A stretch of 64,000 nucleotides of DNA. Source: a virus. Taxonomy: Duplodnaviria; Caudoviricetes. The notes below the pieces were generated by a model, which did no database searches, had not been told where the DNA came from, and saw only the letters and a list, made by a program, of their open reading frames with translations. The translations under genes and the position numbers were made by a program. The DNA lies in the IMG/VR virus record IMGVR_UViG_3300047160_014082, positions 1 to 64,000 of that record. One strand, written 5' to 3'. Shown here in pieces: positions 37,923 through 47,630 of this stretch (its first letter is position 1; each line of letters opens with the position of its first letter).

Positions 37923-38414
37923 ATGCCTGAACGTTTCCCAACCTCTAAGCCGGAAGTCATCTGCGGGACCAACCTGTTTTCCGGCACCCCCAACACGGGT
38001 CAGCAGCCGACAACCTACGGCGGCTCCAACAATTTCCAGAAGTTTTCGGGCACCGTCGGCCCAGACCTAAGCATCTGGGTAGGTGCCGGCCGTCTGGACA
38101 ACTTTGCTTCTCTGGGAACCATCGGCACCACGGACATCAAGCAAGCCAGCGGCCAGCCGATCATCTTTTACGATTCGGCCATCGCGGCTTCGGGTGGTCC
38201 CATCGCTGCTTCTGGTCACAAGATCATCGCCATTCTGGACACCCGCGGCTTTCCTTTGCCTGGGGGTAACCCGAACATCTTTAACTCGGGCGCTCTGTCC
38301 TACGGCTACCCGCCGACCCCCGTGGGCGCCGTTTTCACTTCTGGGCTGTGCGTCAGCATGACCAGCGGTCAGGTCGGCTTTAACGTCAGCTTCACCCCGG
38401 TCGTCAGCGGTTGA
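37923..38414 (+). CDS. SG-rich putative virion protein
   Basis: Likely start ATG 37923; 9 of 17 Ser are followed by Gly. Confidence 0.65.
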   Translation: MPERFPTSKPEVICGTNLFSGTPNTGQQPTTYGGSNNFQKFSGTVGPDLSIWVGAGRLDNFASLGTIGTTDIKQASGQPIIFYDSAIAASGGPIAASGHKIIAILDTRGFPLPGGNPNIFNSGALSYGYPPTPVGAVFTSGLCVSMTSGQVGFNVSFTPVVSG

Positions 38415-38450
38415 TGCAAACCCCTTGCCGGGATTGTCAGGGCCTTTCCT

Positions 38451-41400
38451 ATGCATTCGGATCCAACCACGTCCTGGCCCGAATGTGCCTTGGCGATCCC
38501 GGATTTTTTTCCGCTCACATCTGGTTCGGTCAAGTCTCATGGAGAGCATCGATGGGGATGCCTTCTCGGTGTTTTGCCTGATGTCCAGCGCAAGACTCTG
38601 ACGGACTGGACGCTGGAGAACGTTCTCGATGCTCACCTTGGGCCGGGCGGTCGGGAACTCCGGCCCCATGTCACCGTTGCTTATGGCTTTGATGAGCCAG
38701 ACCTGGACAAGCTCAAGGAAATTTGTCATCACCCCTATGGTCTTACGGCTCATCTGACTGGTCATTCCTATTTCGAGCCGGGTCCGGATGGCGCACCCTG
38801 GAAATACGACATCGCCAGCGAAGATCTGCTCAAGCTGCATGACAAGATTCGAAAGAACTTTCCCTTGCCGGGTGAGAAGTATCATTCCTACCGGCCGCAT
38901 GTCACCATCGCCTATTTGGATCCATCGGCACGAGCGGTCTATGCCGAAGAGGTCCCTCCCCTGATTGGAGAACACCTCGTTTTGCATGAGCTGTTCTATG
39001 TCTCTCCGGATGGTCAGACGCAAACGGTCATCCCGATAACCCAGGCCTTGCCCATTCTGGGCACCAAGTCCCACAAGCAGCCCGATGAAGAAGTCGATTG
39101 GGAGCTGTGGAAGGAAATCGTCATCGCTTTTCGTGGTCTGAAGCGCCCCCAGCGTACCCCCTATAAAATTGGTCGGGTACGGGGCTTTAAGATCATGCTC
39201 GTTGATGGCGACCGGCAGAAGATCGAACACAATATGGATTACATCGAGGGGGGTAATGGCTATCGCTATTCCTGGATCCCCAAGGATGAAATCTGGCTGG
39301 ATGACAGCCTGGAAACGCACGACCTGTCGCTCATCTGCTATCACGAAGTTCACGAATCCCTTCTGATGATGCATGGCATGAAGTACGAGACGGCGCATGA
39401 GAAAGCCGACAAGGCCGAGCGTGTCCTGCGCGTCCGCTACTTTGAGCCGCACGGTAAGACCATGCCCGAGCTGGTCAAAGGGAGCTATTTTGATACTTGT
39501 CCTAGGGATGAAAGGGGTCATTGTCTGCCAGAAGAGCTATCCGACCGGATGAGGCAGAAGGAAACCGACGACAAGCCCAGAAGGCGCGCCAATATTGATC
39601 CGGTAGAAGGACCAAAAGCTCCGGGGGAACCGGCACCCGTCCCGGTCAAAGGCAGTAAACCCATCCGGACATCGGCAAGAAAGGGGGATGATACTCTTGT
39701 CAAGGTGTACGTGGGAATTCCCAAGGATCATACTCCGCAGGACGAATTCGTATTCATCAGCACCAGTCCGGAACTGGCCAGCCTGCACGGCATGGTCCAT
39801 GAGTATCAGTTGCTGCCCGGTGCCGTCTTACATCCGGATCCTGCACTAGAGGAACAATTTCTGGAGTCTCATCCTGATGAGGAATTTACGGGTGCAGCTT
39901 CCTTGAAAATGGGATCTGCTCTTGTTCATCGTATGTTCCTGGGTCGCAGGAAGGTGGCCCCTTCTGGCATAAACAAAAAAACCATGTCCTGGCTGGCGGC
40001 GGGGCATGGTGCCGAGCTGGTCAAGCCCCCCAAGTTTCCGAAGAAGCTCAAGGATCTACGATCCCAATATCGGGCCAAAAGTCACTTTGTCGAATCCCAG
40101 CACCCCCGCGGACAGCCCGAGAACACCGGCCAGTTTGTTGAGAGCGGCCGGGAAAGCACAGCCAGGCCAAAGCCACCAGAAGTTCGACCGGCTAGTTCCC
40201 GGGGCAAGCTCTTGGAGCAGCTCAAAAAGACGGGCCATAATATCCAGCACATCGAGCAAGTTGCCAAGGAATGGGCGCAGGATCGCATCGAAGAAAACCT
40301 TAACAAGCTGCCGCCCCGGATCCAAAGTATCGCTCAGAAGGTCTGGGTTGCGATCCGCTTCGGAACCAAAGCTAGCTTTGTGACTTACCAGGCCGGGCAG
40401 GCACTGGCGGAACGGATAGCCCTTGCTAAAGGAGTCCCTCCGGAGCAAGCGCGCCGCCTGCGCGCCGTGCTTAGCGCCATCGATGTGATGACTTTAAAGC
40501 CGGTAAGCATCGGGTTAGGAGCCATGGCTGGGCCGGCGGCAAGCCTGGGGGTTAGTTTCATCCCGGTAGGAAGCTTCACCTATCTGGCTTACTCGACCGC
40601 TACGGATCCGATGGCAACTCTGCGCGCTGCCAAGCAGATGGCTCAGGACATGATCATCGGGCGTAAGGATCTGGACACAACGGAACTGGTAGAAGAAATC
40701 TGCACCTGGCTAGATTATGATAGCAAGATGGCGCTCTTGCTGGCACTGCTGGATGAAACCAACTCGCTTGATGAAGCCTGGCAAGCTGCCCGAGGTTCCA
40801 AGCCAGATTCTTCCCCCCAGGAAAAGGCCCTTCTGGACTACGACGTCAAAGCAGGCTTTACCGGCATGCGCCGGGATCGACTCGGCCGGCGTTTTTGTTT
40901 CAGAATGGGGGTCCGAGTTCCGTGTGTCCGCCCGAAGCCTGTTTCTACCCCCAAAAAGCCTAGCGCCAAGCCCTTGGAAGTCCAAAAGCGGCCCGAAACC
41001 CCTCCGGAGGAACATCAGGGCTCTAAACCCGCAAAACTAAGTTCTACCCGGGTAAAAATAGGGAAAGCTCCGGAAGGAGTGGAACGGGCATTCCGGGGGG
41101 ATCAAGTTAATGTCCAAACCAAGCTCAGCAAGCAACTAGCCGGAGTCATCGGTGAGAAAATCGCCATCCATTATCTGAAAAGCATCGGTCTGGAGGATGC
41201 ACGCACCGCTGACTTGGATCGGAACAACTTCCCCCTGGATGTCATCGCCGGCTTTGAGGCAGTGGAGGTCAAAACGGGCAATGCCGGTAATGGCCCCGGC
41301 GCTCAGCAATGGCGTTTAACCATCGGCGAGCCGGGAAAGAAGGAAAAGGAATGGCTAGCCAAAGCCACCCCCGAAGAGAAAGCGTTCTGGAATGCCAACA

Positions 41401-41621
41401 AGCAACAGATGATTCACGACCGCAAGGGAGCAGCTCTGAAGGAGCTGGAAAGCAAGCTAGGAGGGAAAGTCAAGGCCCGGACGATAGCGCTTATTCTGGA
41501 TCCCGACCGTGGTGTGGCGGACGTGTATAGTTTTGATGACTGGCACGACCGTATTGGCTGGAACTCGGAACAGGCCAAGAAAGGTTATGTCCGCAGCTTT
41601 ACGTATGAAGTCGAACAATGA
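38451..41621 (+). CDS. Polyvalent head-associated protein: 2H phosphoesterase, HExxE metallo-domain, ART-like, helical, PD-(D/E)XK nuclease
   Basis: RPHVTVAY / RPHVTIAY; YHEVHE..LM..G..Y..AH; VYVG..FISTS; FVESQHPRGQ; GEK..PLDVI..VEVKTG. Confidence 0.75.
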   Translation: MHSDPTTSWPECALAIPDFFPLTSGSVKSHGEHRWGCLLGVLPDVQRKTLTDWTLENVLDAHLGPGGRELRPHVTVAYGFDEPDLDKLKEICHHPYGLTAHLTGHSYFEPGPDGAPWKYDIASEDLLKLHDKIRKNFPLPGEKYHSYRPHVTIAYLDPSARAVYAEEVPPLIGEHLVLHELFYVSPDGQTQTVIPITQALPILGTKSHKQPDEEVDWELWKEIVIAFRGLKRPQRTPYKIGRVRGFKIMLVDGDRQKIEHNMDYIEGGNGYRYSWIPKDEIWLDDSLETHDLSLICYHEVHESLLMMHGMKYETAHEKADKAERVLRVRYFEPHGKTMPELVKGSYFDTCPRDERGHCLPEELSDRMRQKETDDKPRRRANIDPVEGPKAPGEPAPVPVKGSKPIRTSARKGDDTLVKVYVGIPKDHTPQDEFVFISTSPELASLHGMVHEYQLLPGAVLHPDPALEEQFLESHPDEEFTGAASLKMGSALVHRMFLGRRKVAPSGINKKTMSWLAAGHGAELVKPPKFPKKLKDLRSQYRAKSHFVESQHPRGQPENTGQFVESGRESTARPKPPEVRPASSRGKLLEQLKKTGHNIQHIEQVAKEWAQDRIEENLNKLPPRIQSIAQKVWVAIRFGTKASFVTYQAGQALAERIALAKGVPPEQARRLRAVLSAIDVMTLKPVSIGLGAMAGPAASLGVSFIPVGSFTYLAYSTATDPMATLRAAKQMAQDMIIGRKDLDTTELVEEICTWLDYDSKMALLLALLDETNSLDEAWQAARGSKPDSSPQEKALLDYDVKAGFTGMRRDRLGRRFCFRMGVRVPCVRPKPVSTPKKPSAKPLEVQKRPETPPEEHQGSKPAKLSSTRVKIGKAPEGVERAFRGDQVNVQTKLSKQLAGVIGEKIAIHYLKSIGLEDARTADLDRNNFPLDVIAGFEAVEVKTGNAGNGPGAQQWRLTIGEPGKKEKEWLAKATPEEKAFWNANKQQMIHDRKGAALKELESKLGGKVKARTIALILDPDRGVADVYSFDDWHDRIGWNSEQAKKGYVRSFTYEVEQ

Positions 41622-41767
41622 ACAAACCTCAAAACCCCCCTGATGATGTCGTTAAGGAGTTCCAAGAGGAGCTGGATGACGAAGCCGGCCGTTGGGTCGA
41701 AGCCGTGTTTAACATCCTCAAGGACAAGAAGCGCTCGGATACCGAGCGCGACAAAACACCTGAATAG
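41618..41767 (+). CDS. 49-aa acidic protein not in the ORF track
   Basis: ATGA overlap with the polyvalent gene; MNKPQNPPDDVVKEFQEELDDEAGRWVEAVFNIL... Confidence 0.5.
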   Translation: MNKPQNPPDDVVKEFQEELDDEAGRWVEAVFNILKDKKRSDTERDKTPE

Positions 41768-41769
41768 CC

Positions 41770-41799
41770 TTGCCGGAAAATCGCCTTTTGCCTTAGAGT
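41770..41799 (+). promoter_or_regulatory. Promoter TTGCCG-N18-TAGAGT
   Basis: Same family and spacing; upstream of the protease-MCP operon. Confidence 0.6.
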
Positions 41800-41811
41800 A
41801 AAGGTCCTACG

Positions 41812-42033
41812 ATGATGCGTCCTCTACAGATGGCCCAACCAAGCAACAAAGTAGAAGAACCGTTGACGAGCTTTCGCGCGTCCCTGGAAGACGCCCGGGA
41901 CATCCTGATGAAACTCGGCCCCTTTTGTTCCACCCTGGATGATGCTATCAGGGTGTTCGATCTGGGGGCCACGGACGAAAGCCAAGCCCGCTTCTTGTAT
42001 AACCTCATGTTCGCGAAGGATCATCCCCCGTGA
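41812..42033 (+). CDS. Small hypothetical protein
   Basis: Lies between the promoter and the protease; stop overlaps the protease start. Confidence 0.5.
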   Translation: MMRPLQMAQPSNKVEEPLTSFRASLEDARDILMKLGPFCSTLDDAIRVFDLGATDESQARFLYNLMFAKDHPP

Positions 42034-45000
42034 ACCCGGAACTGGAAGCCATCAAAATTCTGGAAGCTCGTTCGGATGTACAAACTCCGGGCTGGAGCTA
42101 CAAACTTCAGGGCGGCATGTATGGGCTTGACTATGCCATCATGCCCGAAGTCCTGGACATTGATGAAAAAGCCATGTCCGTATGGATCCCCTACGCTTCG
42201 GGGATCAATCGTGATGGCGTAGGGGATCTGTTGGAAATCGGAGGTATCGAACTAGATCGACACCGCAAGAATCCCATCTTCCTCTTCGATCACGGCAAGA
42301 ACGTTCAGCTTCCCATCGGGCTCAGTTGCGTACGCTCGGGCGACGGCCGCTACGATCTGGCCCAATACACCGGGGTCCTGGACCTGGAGCGCAAGGAAGC
42401 GCGCGACAATGTTTTCTTCTACCAGGGCAAGCGCGATTGGATGGATCTGAACGGCCAGATACCAGAATCGTTGATTAGCAAGAACCAGGAATACCAGCAC
42501 AGCCTGTATGCTGAGCAGCTCTATCACATGGTGGCTGTGCGCCTGTTAGGCGCTGGTTCCATTGGCTACCAAACCATCAAAGCTTATCCCCTACGCCCGG
42601 ATCCGGAACAGGGTATCCCCCAGGGCATGCACCTCCTGCGCGTGCGCCGGCTAGAGGGTAGCCTGGTGGTGCTGCCAGCCAACGGTGATACCGTGCGCAA
42701 GGCTCTGGCCATGCCGACCATCTGCGGCAAGCCTATGTGCGAGTACCTGATCAAAAGCCTAACTCCCTGGTCGGACCCCAAACCGGCGCAGGTCACGGGA
42801 GGATACGAAATAAAGTCAGCGGACGCCGACAAGTTTCTCGCTGTCCTGCAACAGGCCGTAAACAAGGCGGCGGCGCAGGAAGATGAGGACACAAACGGCG
42901 GTATTGGCGTCTTTTACCAGAAAAATCCCCCTCATAACGTGTTCATCGACGTGCGTGACTGGGGTGATTCGGATTTGGGGCGCATGATCGGCGCGTCGGT
43001 GCATAATTACCTTTCTGTGCAGTACGGCAACGAACAAAATCCTCCGAAAGAGTGGGGGGAATGTATGAAGATCAAACCTACTGAGGGTGTGAAGCACCAG
43101 CCTAGTGATGATATTACTCCTGAGAAAGCTCGCCAGATGCTGCGCGACGGTACGGCTCAGGGACATCCGCTTACGGACAAGCAACGGCGCATGTTGGGGG
43201 CTGCCGCGGGGAAGGACAAGAAAGCCCTGCGCATGAAGTACCGGGCCAAGGGCAAGCTCCCTTACACCCATGGTGAGTTCCAGAGGCGCTACCGGGCCGT
43301 CGGCCACATGTCCGAAGGCCAGATGAACGAATTTCGGGATACAGCCCATCGGGCGGGTGATGAAGACGCTCATGAGTACGCCCGGGGTGTCGAAGCCAAT
43401 CATGTGCATACGGCCGACGAGCTGCACCGTCACATTGGGGAACACTGGCAGAGGGAACGCAAGCGCCGGGGGGTCAAGTCCAGCGATCCCGCAGAGTTCA
43501 TGCACGGCTTCGACAGCGTAGATCGAAGCTCAGGGGGACATAACTTCGTTCACGTTGGCAAGCTGCGCAACCATTTGGGATGGGAGCGCAGTCGCTTCGA
43601 CAATGCTTATTCTCATCATCGCCGTTCCGGCACCCTCACCGTGGCCGGACCCGAAGGCCGGGAAGGACTGAGTGAGGAAGATCGAGCCGCCATGATCCGA
43701 GACAAAAACGATGGTGATGTAATGTATCTATCACGGCGCACCAAAGGCCTGGAACTACGTCAGAAATACCGCAAGGGCTCGATGAAACGCCTGCGCCACG
43801 GCTCCCCCGGCTCGGCTGTGGTGCGTGTCTCGGAAAAGGATCTGGACATGGTTAAGAAGGCCGTGGCCGAGCACAAGCTCAAGATGGAACACATGGGCGT
43901 AGTTGGGGGACTGGCGCGCGTGAAACTCATCGGGGCCGACGACGGCATTGATGCTGTGGCTAAGGCCTTTGGCGTATCCGGAAAATCCTTGGAACAGGGG
44001 AGCAAAGCCATGGGCGTTGCCACGAAAAGCGAAATCGACCAGGATGCCGCCGATATGAACGAGGAGCCCGAAGGCACTGGCATGGAAGAAGGAGGGGGAG
44101 GCGGCGAACCTCACGGTGCCCAAGTCATCCGGCGCATTCACTCCGATTTCAGCGAGCATATGGAGGAATATGACTCGTGGTTGCCACACACCGAAAACCA
44201 ACGGGTCGAGAAGTTCGTTCACAAGCTGCTAGAGCAGTTTGAAGCTGGCTTGTCCGAAGCCGAGCAGATCTTTTCCAGCGAGGAGAAATACAAGGATTTG
44301 CCAGAGCTGGAAGGGGGGATGAAGCCGGAAGAAGAAGGCATCGACAACGAGGGGGAGGAAGCCGCGGGTGAGGAAGTTCCGGAGGAAGGAGCTGGAGGGG
44401 AGGAAGAAGGGGGAGAAGAAGCCGGCGGCAAGAACGACAGCGATACCAGTCAGGAAGAAGCCGCCCCGGCCACCAGCGAAACCCGTGAGGAACCGCCGCC
44501 GGAGGAATCGGTGCAGGGCATGGAAAAGAGCAAGCTGGACAAGGCTCTGGAGCCCTATAAGCCTCATCCGATGAGTCAGGCGGCCCATGATGCTTCACAA
44601 CGGGCTCACAGCCAGACTCAGAACAGTCAAAATCGCAATGCAGAAGCTGAAAAGCATTCGGAAGCTGCTTTAGACCAGTCGCATGTTGCCAAAGCCGGAT
44701 ATCATGCTTCCCATGAAACAGCAGCTCGTCATCATGTCCAGGCAGGGCACGCTCATAGTCACGCTGCGGAACATCGGCAGGCTTCGGCTCACTATGAAGC
44801 TGGCGCCCGGCACTACGAAGCGCACAACGAACTGGTTCATGGCATCAAGCCCAAGGAAAAGGCCCTGATGAAAGTTCCGCCCGCCGAGAAGGCCGAACAT
44901 AATGCTCTGGCTCGGGCCAACAAACTGGGCAAGAAATCGGGCATGTGCCAGTGTCCGAATAACGGCCGGGCCAATTGTACTTGCAAAGCTTGTATGGGTA

Positions 45001-46052
45001 CTAAGAGCGCTTGCCCTCATTGTGGTAAGGAACCATGCGAATGCGGCCGGCACCCGGGCAGCGAATCGACAGAACAGGCCAAGCCTGGACATCCTGGAAG
45101 GACCAATGCCTCCGGCGAGGATTTGGGGCATGAGTCTGCCCAGCAAACCCCCGGCAGTACCCCAGAGAAGGATCCGGCCGCAGGGGAGGACCTGGGTGAA
45201 GAGGCCTACGCCCAGGAAGGTAAGCCAGCATTCCACGGAGCTACGGAGTTCCAGGATCATGAGAAGAAATCGCTCGGCGAAGCCTCTGGCTTTCTGGGCA
45301 TGCTGGGACAGGCCGGCTCGCCCTTCGACAATAGCCATCGCATGGATGCCTGGCACTACCACAAGACCCTGACCGGAATGCTCCAGCTAGAACAAGCGCA
45401 CGAAGATCTAGCACAGACACCAACGCAAGATCATGTACCTCCGGCTGAATGGGAACCAGGCGTTGGGGCCAAGGATCATGGCAGTGTTGTAGCGCAGCAG
45501 GTAGCACAACGACGGCGCCAGCCTTTGAACGACATTCATACACCAGAGGATAAAAAGAAGTCGGTGCAAACCGGTCCCGAGCGCCACGAAAATAATCGTG
45601 AAGTAGTACCGGCCACGGCCGAAAACAACAACCGGGGGGTGAACATATACGATCCGAACAAGAAGAGTCAAATCCCCGGTGATCTGGACTACTGGCAGGA
45701 AGAAGGCCGTGAGTCTGGGCATCGCGGCCAGAATGGTCCGGTAGCGCACGCCGCCAAGTGGTTCAAGGCCTTGTCGATGACCCCCGACTTCGGCGATCCG
45801 CACCGGGCCAAATGTATGATGGTCAAGAAGTCCCTGGATGACATCTTGACAGAGAAGGAGGAGCTACACGAAGGGGCCGGGCCGGATACGTTGGTCGGGG
45901 ACGGAGCCGAATCGACTCCGGACCAACCTGGTCCTGGTGAAGTTGAAACCAAGATGCAGGAATGGCTGGAACAAGAAGAAGATCACAACTCCCAAATTGA
46001 GGAGTTGTACACGACGTTGCAGAAACTCCAGAAGATTACCACCCCACGATGA
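42030..46052 (+). CDS. HK97-type prohead protease with a ~1080-aa multi-module C-terminal extension
   Basis: NRDGVGD, RKNPIFLFDHG..LPIG, SIGY, EGSLVVLPAN within the first ~250 aa. Confidence 0.88.
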   Translation: MNPELEAIKILEARSDVQTPGWSYKLQGGMYGLDYAIMPEVLDIDEKAMSVWIPYASGINRDGVGDLLEIGGIELDRHRKNPIFLFDHGKNVQLPIGLSCVRSGDGRYDLAQYTGVLDLERKEARDNVFFYQGKRDWMDLNGQIPESLISKNQEYQHSLYAEQLYHMVAVRLLGAGSIGYQTIKAYPLRPDPEQGIPQGMHLLRVRRLEGSLVVLPANGDTVRKALAMPTICGKPMCEYLIKSLTPWSDPKPAQVTGGYEIKSADADKFLAVLQQAVNKAAAQEDEDTNGGIGVFYQKNPPHNVFIDVRDWGDSDLGRMIGASVHNYLSVQYGNEQNPPKEWGECMKIKPTEGVKHQPSDDITPEKARQMLRDGTAQGHPLTDKQRRMLGAAAGKDKKALRMKYRAKGKLPYTHGEFQRRYRAVGHMSEGQMNEFRDTAHRAGDEDAHEYARGVEANHVHTADELHRHIGEHWQRERKRRGVKSSDPAEFMHGFDSVDRSSGGHNFVHVGKLRNHLGWERSRFDNAYSHHRRSGTLTVAGPEGREGLSEEDRAAMIRDKNDGDVMYLSRRTKGLELRQKYRKGSMKRLRHGSPGSAVVRVSEKDLDMVKKAVAEHKLKMEHMGVVGGLARVKLIGADDGIDAVAKAFGVSGKSLEQGSKAMGVATKSEIDQDAADMNEEPEGTGMEEGGGGGEPHGAQVIRRIHSDFSEHMEEYDSWLPHTENQRVEKFVHKLLEQFEAGLSEAEQIFSSEEKYKDLPELEGGMKPEEEGIDNEGEEAAGEEVPEEGAGGEEEGGEEAGGKNDSDTSQEEAAPATSETREEPPPEESVQGMEKSKLDKALEPYKPHPMSQAAHDASQRAHSQTQNSQNRNAEAEKHSEAALDQSHVAKAGYHASHETAARHHVQAGHAHSHAAEHRQASAHYEAGARHYEAHNELVHGIKPKEKALMKVPPAEKAEHNALARANKLGKKSGMCQCPNNGRANCTCKACMGTKSACPHCGKEPCECGRHPGSESTEQAKPGHPGRTNASGEDLGHESAQQTPGSTPEKDPAAGEDLGEEAYAQEGKPAFHGATEFQDHEKKSLGEASGFLGMLGQAGSPFDNSHRMDAWHYHKTLTGMLQLEQAHEDLAQTPTQDHVPPAEWEPGVGAKDHGSVVAQQVAQRRRQPLNDIHTPEDKKKSVQTGPERHENNREVVPATAENNNRGVNIYDPNKKSQIPGDLDYWQEEGRESGHRGQNGPVAHAAKWFKALSMTPDFGDPHRAKCMMVKKSLDDILTEKEELHEGAGPDTLVGDGAESTPDQPGPGEVETKMQEWLEQEEDHNSQIEELYTTLQKLQKITTPR

Positions 46053-46141
46053 CCTTTCACCCATAACGAAAGGGAACCTATCCCGGTGACGCGACCGCCG
46101 GGGAAAGGCCCAAGTGACCTTTACCCAAAGGAGCAATTACC

Positions 46142-47605
46142 GTGGATCAGGACAATTCTCTGGCCATTGCCACCAAGGCGATGGAATTGAGCAAGAAGAA
46201 CTCGGAGGCCCTTGCCGGCATCCAGCAGGGCGTCAAGGCCCTGACAGACCGTCTGGGGGCCATTCGGGATCCGCGCCACCCGAGCGCCAGCGATGTATTC
46301 GGCGTGCCCCATGTCCGCAAGGGCGAGGACAGCATGGGTTCGCGCGGTTTCAGCCTGATCAAGATGTTTGGCCTGATCACCAAGCAGCTTCAGCCTGACA
46401 ATGCTCGCACCGAATACGACTTCCACAACCGGCTGCACAAGATCTACAACGAGGGGGGTGGCGAGCGCTACGACTACAAGAGCGGTCATGTCCCTGGCGA
46501 CCGTGCTTTTCTGGCCCCCCTGGCGCCGGCCTTCTTCCCGGACAACTACGTTCCCGCAGACTTCCGCCGGGAAATGAAGATGTCCATGCAAGCGGGCGTG
46601 GATGGCTACGATCCGGATGAAGCCGTTCGGATACAGAGCAAGTTTTTCGAGGCCAAGGGCTACGACGTCAAGACGTTGTCCTGGCTCAACGAAATTCTGG
46701 GCGGCTCGCTGGTGGCCCCTCCGGAGCAAGGCGAACTCATCGAACTGCTTCGTAACAAGGAAGCGCTTGTCAACGCCGGCGCCCGCACCGTGCCGCTGCC
46801 CCCGCAAGGGCGCATGAAGTACCCGCGGCAGACGGCAGCTTCACTGACCTTCTGGGTCGGCGAAAATTCGCCGATCACCAGCAGCGACATCGGCACGGGT
46901 GAAATCATCCTGCAAGCGAAGAAGCTCACGGTTCTTATCAAGATGCCGAATGAGCTAATTCGCTTCGCCAACCCGGCCGCGGAAGCGCTGGTGCGCGACG
47001 ACATGACCAAGAGCCTGGCGCTCGGCATGGACCTGGCCGGCCTGGAAGGTCTGGGCGGTGATAACCGGCCGCTCGGTCTGATCAATCGTCAGGGCATCCA
47101 GAACATCACGTCGTCCCAGCCCGGGCCGAACGGTGATCGTCTGGTTGCCGAAGACATCTATCGTATGGTGGCGGCTGTCGAAGAAGGTAACGCCACTTTC
47201 GAAAGCTGGATCATGCGTCCGAAGACCTGGTACAAGTACCTCCAGCTGCGGGCCGATGCCGTCAGCCAGGGTGACCGCCAGGGCATGTTCCTGTTTAACA
47301 TGATTCGCGAGCCTGGCGAATCGTCCAAGCCGACCCTGGCGACCTACCCGGTGACCAAGAGCACTCAGGTTAGCCAGGTCCGTAGTAAGGGTGGTTCCAC
47401 CAATCTGACCTACATCCTGGGCGGCATGTTCTCCGACGTACTGATCGGTATGTTCGGCGCCATCGAGTTCAGTGCTACTACGCTGGGCGACACGCCGTTC
47501 GTGAATGATCAGACGTGGGTCAAGGGCATCCTGTCCGCGGACGTCCAGGTCCGCCACGAAATCGGCCTGGTGCTGATGGACAATCTGGACGTCGTGAACC
47601 AGTAA
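46142..47605 (+). CDS. Major capsid protein, HK97 fold, with a ~177-aa delta domain
   Basis: GGSLVAP, YPRQT....WVGE, KKL.VL..MPNELI, DLAGLEG.G...PLG; predicted cleavage YDVK|TLS. Confidence 0.93.
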   Translation: MDQDNSLAIATKAMELSKKNSEALAGIQQGVKALTDRLGAIRDPRHPSASDVFGVPHVRKGEDSMGSRGFSLIKMFGLITKQLQPDNARTEYDFHNRLHKIYNEGGGERYDYKSGHVPGDRAFLAPLAPAFFPDNYVPADFRREMKMSMQAGVDGYDPDEAVRIQSKFFEAKGYDVKTLSWLNEILGGSLVAPPEQGELIELLRNKEALVNAGARTVPLPPQGRMKYPRQTAASLTFWVGENSPITSSDIGTGEIILQAKKLTVLIKMPNELIRFANPAAEALVRDDMTKSLALGMDLAGLEGLGGDNRPLGLINRQGIQNITSSQPGPNGDRLVAEDIYRMVAAVEEGNATFESWIMRPKTWYKYLQLRADAVSQGDRQGMFLFNMIREPGESSKPTLATYPVTKSTQVSQVRSKGGSTNLTYILGGMFSDVLIGMFGAIEFSATTLGDTPFVNDQTWVKGILSADVQVRHEIGLVLMDNLDVVNQ

Positions 47606-47607
47606 AC

Positions 47608-47630
47608 AGGGGGTTATGCACCCTCTTTTT
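47608..47630 (+). terminator. Terminator after the MCP gene, with a competing alternative stem
   Basis: AGGGGGT-tatgc-ACCCTCT plus TTTT; 47605-47616 can instead pair with 47641-47652. Confidence 0.55.

Noticed and set aside
38067-39521. 484-aa minus-strand ORF
   Set aside because: Lies entirely opposite two well-supported plus-strand genes and has no recognisable motif
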